DNA from: Collodictyon triciliatum
Lineage: Eukaryota
Assembly: GCA_043381765.1 (NCBI GenBank)
Contig: JBHJMP010000034.1
Coordinates: 1-37,018 of the forward strand
Length of the DNA stretch: 37,018 bases
Direction of reading: 5' to 3'
Of the stretch, positions 1 through 34,100 are shown piece by piece. Each line of letters opens with the position of its first letter. The first letter of the stretch is position 1. A model generated the notes under the pieces. That model was not told where the DNA came from. It worked only from the letters and a program-made list of their open reading frames with translations, and made no database searches. Position numbers and translations under genes: made by a program.

Positions 1-32
<32 letters not shown>

Positions 33-82
33 AAAAAAAACAAAAAACAAAAAACAAAAAACAAAAAAAAAACAAAACAAAA
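1..82. repeat. Poly-A / (AAAAAC)n low-complexity tract
   Basis: Directly visible at the window start. Confidence 0.9.
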
Positions 83-140
83 ACCATAGCTAGGAAGCCC
101 AAGAACCTCTTGCCTGCCTTCCCTTCTTGTTCCAGTCCTG

Positions 141-1716
141 ATGAACGCGCAACAGTTTTTTCTGGAGGAAATCGTAGGTGTACCATCGACTTGTCCCTTT
201 CGTTCCTGTGAATGCCGACCCCGCATCCCCTTTTTACCTTTTTCTCGAGCCTTTCTCTTTCTTTTGTGGTTCTGGTCTCTGCCTCTCATTCTATGATTTG
301 TCCTCAAAATGAACATAAACAATGGCGCTGATAAACCCGGCTCCATAGGAAGTTTACCGGGGTGAGCTTCGCGACTGTGCTTCGGGTATCCACCATAAGC
401 AATTTTCTCGATTGAATAATTGAAAGTCTTTTCCATTTATATGATCGACAAAACTTGTGTCCAATCTATAAGCTTCTGCTCCACGTGCAGAAATGACTCG
501 GGGATTCTTTTTGTTTCTCTTGTTTCTCTTGTTTCTTTCCCCCCATGTTTTATGATATCTTTAAGATAAGGGATGATTTATTTATTCATTCTACTCCCTT
601 TCCTCCAAACCAAATCATATGTTGCTGTGATGGAAATCCTGCACCGTCGATTGAAAAGCAATCATACACACAATTTTGTTCAACCGGGCATTCGGAATGG
701 TTCGTCCAGTGGACTGTGATGCCGAAAGCATCGAACTATCATATGTTTGGACCATCTATAGCATTCTGATATCTTAATTTCTACGTGAACAGGATAATTC
801 ATATGATTCAGATTTTGATAATATATATATTGCTCAAATGAGCATGATTCACTGATACAGAAACAAATCCATGTTCAACGAAATACGACAATTTAACAGG
901 TGCGATGCGATGACGAATCGATGAAAAGACTTGTAGATGAAAAGGTGTCTGCGTTGCTTGATTATATTATCAGACACAACCGTGGGCAGGCAAAGAAGAA
1001 TCTTATTTAATCTGCACATTCCTATATTTTTAGTTCAAATGATTTCTCTTTACTTCAAGAGGTAGTCTTTGAGCCATATGTGTGGGATATCAGTGCCTTT
1101 TCATTCTCATTTCCTCCGTCTCGTATTGCCAACCACTAGATCATCCTTTCATTCCATGAGCGGCGAACAAGATCACTGCTTCTATTTCGACAGGAGGAAA
1201 AGATATGCTGGGAGCAATGGATGCTTCCCTTTTCTTTGAAGCAGGAGCGGTTAGACGAGGCTGGTAGGACAGCTCTTCAAACAGCCTGAGATACAGTTTC
1301 ATGTGCCTGTTTAGCGCTTTGTGCTACCTCGCAATTCCCCACACGCATCAGCACATAGTCATATCCACTTTTTTTTTCCACCACCATTCTGCTTTTGTTT
1401 GCGTATGTGCGGAATCACCACGATAGATCGATATGAGCGGCAGGCGCGACTGGAAAAGGACATGTTTAGCTGCATGACGATGCTTCTCCGGCTCATCAAC
1501 GAAAAGAAGGACCACATCCCGCCATCGGCCTCCACAGACATGATGCCTTTCCACTACGAAGTACGTTCATCACCCCACCCACAAAGCATCAGCCGGTCTG
1601 TTCTTACGGCGTGTTGATTGTCCCAGATATCCAGCCCCGGACCAGCCGAGCAAAGCGCTGGAAACATGGAGATGATGCGCAAGATTCTGCACTCAAACGC
1701 ACCGACATTTGCATAG
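141..1716 (+). CDS. ATG101: Autophagy-related protein 101 (HORMA domain), 7 exons: 141-173, 349-385, 659-744, 900-989, 1140-1263, 1427-1560, 1627-1716
   Basis: Hand-spliced, phase-consistent protein: MNAQQFFLEEI-EVYRGELRDCAS-AIIHTILFNRAFGMVRPVDCDAESIELSY-VRCDDESMKRLVDEKV...IILSFHERR...EKICWEQW...LRLINEKKDHIPP...PFHYEISSP...MEMMRKILHSNAPTFA*. The HTIxFxR.G.v.P, WEQW and NEKKDHIPP motifs match ATG101 as I recall it, with a plant-like C-terminus. Confidence 0.92.
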
Positions 1717-1829
1717 ACCTGCCCAACTTCTTTGTTGACGAACTTACCTTTCCATGCTTCTCTTCCTTGCAAATATCCTCGCCGCATAAATCACCTGTCA
1801 AGAAACCCATCAAAGACCAGACTCTGCTT

Positions 1830-4287
1830 ATGTTCGCCCTCTGCGCAATGCAAACAACTGTTCGGGCGCTTCGACGCGGCTTTGCTTCGGGCTCGCTGGT
1901 GTGTGCCTCCCGCAAGCGAATCCTGTTCTTTGGTTCAGACCAACTTTCTGTTGACTGCCTGCGATCCTTGACGCGTGCTTCTGGTTGGCTCCTCCCATTC
2001 GCCCTTCTGCGCAATCGTCTTTCTGCAAACTTTTTTTTTTTTTGCTTCTTTTTTTGTATTCAATATCTGTCGAGCTGCAATGACCGATGACCGATGAACA
2101 TAACAAACTTTTCTTTCACCTAAACGAGGGGGTTTCTACTTCCATGCCGTCGTATTATCCTGTGCTTGGTGCCATTACTTTGCCTCATTCTCTCTTTCCT
2201 TTTCTTCTTCTGTTCGTTCTTTTATATCTACCGTACTGTGACAACAGAATCGAGCGATGCTCCAGCCTCTCATGTGGAAGTTCTTTGCCCGGGAGACTCC
2301 ATGCAGCAAGGAAAACAGCGCTTTCTTCAGGGTAAACGAAGCTTATTCAAGTGCCCATTCATTTTCAAATGGGTCGAACACCGAACACAACATTTTTTTT
2401 TTATTTATGCACTTTCATTAATTGCATTAAAAGACAACCCGGCAGATGTTCTCCTGATTAGTACTGTCGTTTTTATTTTGTCACAGGCAAAACTATCATG
2501 GTTGATTAATATCATGATTATCTCATCTTACCTGACCTTAACAAAATTACAGTCCCTTTGAAACGCGCTGCCTTGGATGATGGGATTACAGTCCATGAGG
2601 TACCGCCACAACTTACTAGCATTAAGGAGTGGGAGGTATGTATGATAATTAAGAAGAGGTCCTTATTACATTTCATTTCGAATTTTTTTGTTTAAAACTA
2701 TAAAAGTTGGCTCAATCATCGAGAAAATGCAAGTGAACCTAAATTGTTGTGATTATATGCTTGTTAGATCCCAAACGTATTTCCTGGGCAGTTTGATCTA
2801 GGGGTGGTTGTTTCATTCGGATATTTTATCCCAGCACATATACTCAAGCTATTTTCCTTGGGGGCCATTAACGTTCACCCTTCACTTCTCCCAAGGTAAC
2901 TTAGCTATAGTATTCAGCAGATTTCAGTATGTATTCTTACCATACAAAACTGTTAGATACCGCGGACCAGCCCCGATATACCATACACTGATGAACGGGG
3001 ACCACGAAACTGGCGTTTCAATCATCGAAGTCGACCAAGCTGTTTGTCAAAATGCTTTGATGTCAACTCATCGTTTATTGATTTGCTTAAGAAAAATAAT
3101 TACACCTGTCCTCTTTAAAACCCTGCTATGAGACAAACTTCATAATACAAAATTGAATCATAACAGGCATTTGATGTCGGAACTATTCTTGCACAGGAGA
3201 AACATGTGTGTGGAGATTCCCAGCAAACCCCCTTTTCAAATTTTATTGTTCCCATTACTAAATTTATAACTATATGTATAACTATATTTATAACTATATA
3301 TTACAATTACAATTACAATTACAATTATAACTATATATTACTATTACTATTACTATTACTATTACTATTACTATTACTATTACTATTACTATTACTATTA
3401 CTATTACTATTACTATTACTATTACTATTACTATTAACCGAAAAAACACATATATACTGTTTCAATATATTTTTTTAGTGGCAAAGATGAACCACTGAAT
3501 TTTATTTATCGTTAATGGTTTGAATTATCTCCATATTTTGATTAATTGAGACCACGTTTTGTAGGTTATTAGCCCAGATATCAAGTACAACCAACTTTTG
3601 CAAGAATTATCCGTGATTAGCTGCAGAATTCTTCCAAGAGTTGTTCATTGTCTGGAAGATATCAGAATATCGGGTGTGAACCAAAAATTACTTTCAGTAC
3701 CCGCAGAAAAGGCGAGAGCACCAAAAGTCAAGACTGAAATGGGCCTTCTGGACTGGAAAAACGCGACAGGCACCCATGTTTACGGTTGTTATCGAGCATT
3801 TTCTGAAAACATAGGGGCATTCACTTTCTTTCAGGGCAAGAGAGTAAAGGTACACTGATATCTCCATCAAAGTACACGTTTTTCTTACATATCATTCAGT
3901 ATTGTGCTGTGTGGTTTTTCCGTCTCCTAAACTTGTACAATAGATTTTAGAGATGAGCCCACTCGCGATTGAAACCAGCGACCCTTTGATTCAGGTGAGC
4001 ATATTGTAATTTTCCTTGATATCATATACATTTCTATTCTATATTATAATTTGATCTATGGTTTTTTTTTCACAGAATTAATGAATGTAACCCTAAAGAA
4101 CGAGGTATCGCCTGGGTCTTTTGCCTATTCCGCGAAGCACAAGGCCTTAATCGTATCTTGCAAAGACTACAGCAGATTTTCTGTAACCCGAATCCAGGTA
4201 GAAGGCCGAAAAGCCCTCTCTGCGGTCGATTTTGCCAACGGATTCCGTCTCAGCCAATCCCAATCGTACGAGTTCACAAGCGGGTGA
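1830..4287 (+). CDS. MTFMT: Methionyl-tRNA formyltransferase, mitochondrial; 9 exons
   Basis: Arg/Ala/Ser-rich N-terminal presequence (MFALCAMQTTVRALRRGFASGS). Then [76 protein letters not shown] and a C-terminal IQVEGRKALSAVDFANGF. These are the diagnostic Fmt formyltransferase motifs. TGA ends at 4287. The start ATG (1830 or 1848) is uncertain. Confidence 0.93.
3338..3436. repeat. (TTACTA)n microsatellite in an MTFMT intron
   Basis: Perfect hexamer array preceded by (TTACAA)n. Confidence 0.95.
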
Positions 4288-4757
4288 TAAATGCTGCGTA
4301 ACACTCAACACAAAAGCGCTTGGGAAAGGGCTCATCCGCGAGCGCGAGATATAAACGGCAATTGTTTTCCCACGCACTCCACCCTGTTGACAAAAGTATT
4401 TTCCAGAAGCGTTACGCAAATGTGGATTGTATGCAGTTTTGATGATTCTCCAACCCGCTTCGGCGCCTGTCTTGTCCTGTCCAGTGCTTTTGTGATGATC
4501 ACACAACAAAGATTACCTACGCGATTACAACTGGTGGCCTGGCTCGTCAAAACTTGGGCCGATCAGCCTGCGCCTCTGCGGTTCAATAAGAACTCGTCTG
4601 CCCAAAGTGTAGCGAGTCTATGACACTATTGCTAGAGATCGTCTCAATAGCCAGAGGCCTTTTCCTTTTCCTTTGCCTTTTCCTTTTCCTTTATTTTTTT
4701 CTTTCTTTTTTCCTCACTGGTTTACTAAACTTTTGCCGGCTAAAAAGTCACAAAAAG

Positions 4758-28952
<24,195 letters not shown>

Positions 28953-29429
28953 AGGCCACTTGGTTTCATGTTTGGAAGGATACGCTTCTTTTCTTCTTTT
29001 TTCCCTGTCCCTTTTTTTCTCCATTTTTTTTTTTTTACCTTTTTTGTGTGTGTATTCTTTTCTCTTCCTATTTATTTCTCTTATAAAAGCCATCAACTAA
29101 AGTGTACAAGAAGCAACTCGGGCAAGGATAACTTTAATCACTTGTGTCCATTCAAATGATCACATGCTGTCCCATCACTTGTTTAAGCAGGATATCAATA
29201 AATGGAAAAAGAAGGCTTTATTGATAGTTTCCTTCCCCTTTAGAGAATATTTTTAGCACATCATTCTATTATTATTAGTATTGTCATTAGTATTGTTATT
29301 AGTATTGTTATTATTTGTTTTTTGCGGTTTTAATCTATGGTTGTTCGGTTTTGGTATGTTGTTTTTTGCTACGTGTTTGTTTCTCATTCGTGCCTTTTTG
29401 CATTCATTTTTTTCAATTCTTTCATTCCA

Positions 29430-30520
29430 TTCAAAATGCAGCGAGGTTATGCCATACAAAGGGGCGAGATAGGAGCTCATGGTAGAGAGCAAACGCGAGT
29501 AGGAGAAGACGTTACTGTGGAGAGGGTAGCACTGGAAAGAAATCAGTGATAGCGAGTTGGTCAGGTGGGCGACCCATCTGGTTGATTGGTTGCGTGGGTG
29601 GCAGGGGTTGGATATGCTGTGGGAGATATCGTACGACACATTCCCACATCTCTCTTCGCTTGCGGTCAGAGTAGCGAAGAATGCGGGCGTGTTTCAGCAG
29701 GCTGTTCAGGAAGCTGTATTGCACGATGCTTTCAAGCCTGGATACATTGATTTCTCGTTCGGGTAAATCATTGGAGCGAGAGAATGCACGCACACTCCAT
29801 AGGGACCACAGCATATGTCCCCTTGTGACTGTCCAGAGTATTCAAGAGTCGTGGGTCATTTGGTATTGTGGGCCAAACAGGATGTCAGACGCGCTGGGTC
29901 GGCTGGGAGCATAATCAAGCTTAGAGAGTATCTTGTGGGTAGATTCTGTCACTTTTAGAGCCAGAGAGCACTTCACAAATGTGTGTTCGATAGAGTCATC
30001 TCTACTATGGAACATGGTGCATTCTGGAGAGGTCGTTGCTGCATGGACTACGCGCGCACCTATCCACAGCTCTCTGTTGGAGATATTGAGCAGTAGGGCG
30101 CGGTGTTTCGGGAGTAGCTGAGGTATATGGGCTTGCTTCCAGCGTCTTGACTATCGGCGGGTCTATAATGCCTATGGTTTCGGCCCAACGACTCATTTTC
30201 TCCGGTTTGTAGGGATTCGGACTGATGATTTTATATCGGAAGAATTTGGAGTACGCCATGGCCATCGAGAATTGCGGAGACTCAGGTGTAATGGACCGCC
30301 TTTGGTTCTTCAGGCGAAAGAAAAATGGCGACGGTGCTCCGTATGAGATGGGGCGTCGTGAGCGCCATTCTCCTTTGTTGTTCAGGACGGCTGTGGTTGG
30401 GGTTGCATTCGAGGAGTGAAATATCGTTGCATTTTTCGACGGTGCGAAGCTTCCATCCTTTTGGAAAGTGACTTGTTGCAGGATGAAGGAGATCCATCTT
30501 ACAAGCGGCCAAGTCGTGTG
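29430..30520 (-). mobile_element. Degenerate 5'-truncated non-LTR retrotransposon (L1/Tx1-like ORF2 C-terminus, zf-RVT region)
   Basis: Intron-free, GC-richer island. The minus strand reads RRWKQAHIPQLLPKHRALLLNISNRELWIGARV...PECTMFHSRDDSIEHTFVKCSLALKV...DILFG...DS*ILW...HMLWSLWSVR, a zf-RVT-like CxxC-x-HxFxxC and WxLWxxR pattern. There is a frameshift near 30150, an in-frame TGA at 29842-29844 and a stop at 29512, followed by an A-rich 3' region. Boundaries are approximate. Confidence 0.75.
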
Positions 30521-30965
30521 TCACCGCACACACCCCTGTCAGGACAAAATTGGAATTTATTTATGAATTAATATTAGTTTAGTACTGAAACACACTGAGG
30601 TAAGTCTGCAACAAAATCCTTCCATTTAATGCGTAAACTGTCGTGCCTTGGAGCACCTCCGCCCCAATCTCTTTCAAGGGCCGTGTTTTTCAATTGCCAT
30701 CCGCATATCAAGTGCCTGATTCAAACGCGGGCATGAGCGCTTTATGCGAATTGTCGACATTGAGGCAGAGACCACCCATAATAAGGCACCTCAGAGAATT
30801 GCTGATCGCTTGAGGACGCCAACGCAACCATCCTGAAATCACTGTCCTCGCAGATCAAACGCGCGCCGCTCCGATCCTCAATCACCAACGAAGCGCAGGC
30901 GTTCGGGCCTTTGATTTCTCTGCACTGGGGCTTTGTCTTCTTGCGCTGCCCTGCCCATTTTTATC

Positions 30966-31018
30966 ACTCATTTATTCATTCATTCATTCATTCATTCATT
31001 CAGTCATTCAGTCATTTA
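30966..31018. repeat. (TTCA)n microsatellite upstream of the PKD2 ATG
   Basis: Directly visible. Confidence 0.85.
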
Positions 31019-31138
31019 TGTATCTTTCCTCTTGGATTTTTCTTTGTGGAGGTCTGCTTTATTTTCTTTTGGCCTCTTGTTGCATTTCTTTCCCGGTTGT
31101 CTTTGTTGGCCTGACCCTCTCTTCTACCTGTGCAGAGG

Positions 31139-34100
31139 ATGCAGGAGAACGAGGAGCAGTTGTTTGATGTGAGCGTGGTAAAGCGCAGCTTTAGCTCTGT
31201 GTTTTTCTTTCTCATGCCCGGCTTCATTCGTCGTCGTTATGTGGAAAAGTATGGCATAAGCGAAAACGGAAAAACTCGTGGACGTGGCGAAGGTATTTTC
31301 TCTGTCATGGGCAATGTCCTTGACGGCATCGGCGTTGGTCGAAATCGCAGTGGAACCAACGGTAGGACTATTTTATCGTTCTTTCACTTCTCAAACTCCT
31401 TTTTTTTTTCTTGTCTTTTTCTTTATTTCTTTTCTTTCTTTTCGTGTTTTACTTTTGTTTCTTTTCTATTTCTTTTTTCCTTTCCTTCTTTCCTTCTTTC
31501 CTGTTTCATTTCCCCCCATTTCCCCCTTTTTTCTTCGCCTGTGGTTGGCTACGTATTCGCGCCAATAAGCATATGTTTATTTCCCACAGCCGAGAACTCG
31601 AACAAAAGTCGCATGGATCAATTCACCAGTGAGTTCAAGAGCAAGGAGCTCTCGGTCGATGAGGCGATCAAGTACTTGGAGATCCGCAAACGTGCGGCTT
31701 TTGACGATGAACTGTTGAAGTACTTCATGTACCTTCTCTTCTTCATTATTCTCATCTTGTGGATTATGCCCGTTTCACTGTCATATGAGCAGGTACGACT
31801 TCGTTCTAGTTGCTTTTCTTTTTCTGCTTATCTTTATTCTGTCATATCTTCGCCCATCGTCCACATGTCAGTTAAATTCATATGCCTTATGGCTATCATA
31901 TAGGTCGACTTTACCAGGAACTATTTCTCAAGCAGTATGTCAAAGTCACATTATAACTTTCATGTCCAGTATTAGAGACAGAAATAATCCATTTTTTTTC
32001 GGGCTGTCAGTCATGCACACAAACGAAATATTCACCTATTAAGCTAGTTCTATATCTCTCCATGTTGCAACAATACGATTCTTTTATCTAAATAGATTCA
32101 AATGAGAATTTTGTGGATTATTCCAGTGTGCTTACTGAGGCTAGTACTCCCTTCTAATAAAAATCATATCATTTGGCTTACTCATTTAATATGCATGATT
32201 TTTTTTTCACACTTCAGCTAACATGTTAACATTTGCTCACTTAATGATTTGATTACATCTAAATCATTAGGAAAAATTCTATGAAGTAAGTTTGAATAAT
32301 ATATAAAACTAAATATTTCATTTATCCACTCCTACTCCTCCTCCTTCTCCTTCTCCTTCTCCTTCTCCTTCTTTCACCGTCGCTGCTGCCTCCGCTAGAT
32401 TTTAATATATTATTTTACGCAATTTTGTAGTTTCTGTCTACAACTATCTATGAAGGCATTTATGTTGATGGATGGGTGATTGGAAACAATCTCAAACTGC
32501 TTGGGTTGCCGCTTCTCCGCCAAATTCGTGTGAAGCCATCAAAATGTGAACTTAAAGAAGTCTTTGATACATGCTACAGCTACTACCGAACCCAAGATGA
32601 GCAGAAGGAGCCTTTTGGCCCTCCCGAGGATCCTTAGTAATACCGTCATTCATACTATATCACTACACGTTTTCTTTCATTCATTTTTCTAAGCCTAGAC
32701 AAAAACACGAAAAGCAGTAATTCTCCATAATCCAATTCCTCCTTTTAACTTACTGTCATTTTTTCTTTTTCATCACATCATTATTATTTACTCTGATTAT
32801 AATACCGATGGCGACGTTGCAACAATGTTTTTATTTATTTATTTATTATTAAATCTAGTCGATATAATTACACAACTGGATATCCAATGCTGGAACCATC
32901 ATTTGTTTTCAATCGTGACTTCCACGTTGCACCTGATGATTCATATGGTGAAGGGGCTTATGTTATCTTAATGCCGAATAACACCGATGATGCATTAAGT
33001 CTTATCAATCAATTGAAGGTGCAATATTATTAGAACTACATATACCTGATTGCTAACACTTTCATAATAGTTGTACGGTGCATTTAAAATTATATTTTCT
33101 TTCATTTGATGCTTATTTTTATTACCTTTCTGTGAGGTTACTATCTCCTCTCACACTCTTTTTTTAAAAAAAACAATACGAAACGCCCACCATAGGATGA
33201 CGTTTGGATCGACCGTTCGACAAGAGCAGTTGCTATCGACTTTGGATATGCAAATGGAGACGTGGGATTCATTACGACGCTACAATATGTAATTCTTTTC
33301 TCGAGTATATACTATTGTAGGATTGTATTCCTATTATTTTTCTTTTAATAAAATATTGCTCAGTGTCAATTTCGGAAGTTATTCATACTTTATATATTCC
33401 AAGTGTACATTAAAGCATTCTTTAATTTTACAAAATACTAGTAATCACAACCTTCTCAATAATTAAATTTAATTAGCTCTTTGAGTTTTCACCAACAGGG
33501 AGAATTGAGCCTACTGAGCGTATATTAAGCTTTCCTTTGCTTATGTAATGATTCAACATTATTATATCAATGTCTTTTTCTTTCTTTTTTAAACAAAAGC
33601 AAAAAATAAAATAAAATAAATGATAATACTAAAGCTCAACTATTTTAGTCCCGACAAAAGTAATTCTTCCGGAGAGTTTGTATTTTATCTCATTTTTATA
33701 TTGGGAGGAATCTACTTTGTCGTCTCTGAATTCATGCAGGTTAAGAATGATTCCATTTTCTTATCTCGATATGTTGAATTAGCCATATAATACTCATCTG
33801 TTTCTTGGATCAACTATTACCGTAGTTCCTTGAGATGGGCGTGGGTTACTTTAAAGAATTCTGGAATATATTCGAAATGGTGAATTATACGGTATGTACT
33901 CTGAATTGCTTTTTTTTTTTTATACAGAACGATCAATTTTTGATTGTATTGTTTTTCAAAATGTCCTTTATTTCTATTAACAGTAGAAGAATAATGAAAC
34001 TGCACCGTATACAGAGTATTTTATAAACAATTTATTCTTGGCTATCGAGGTTTCCCGCGAAATTAATAATATTTTTGGAATTAGATATTCTTTGCGTTGA

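Noticed and set aside
386-658. Intron beginning GTATCC, a possible U12-type intron
   Set aside because: It continues GTATCCAC rather than GTATCCTT, and no TCCTTAAC-like branch site is seen near the acceptor.
4147-4623. Overlapping 72-120 aa ORFs and TGATGA motifs between MTFMT and the BEACH gene (small gene or C/D snoRNA?)
   Set aside because: No recognisable protein motif, and no properly placed CTGA box D or terminal stem; most likely UTR or promoter.
29557-30419. Plus-strand short ORFs within the GC-rich island
   Set aside because: They are antisense shadows of the minus-strand retrotransposon ORF.
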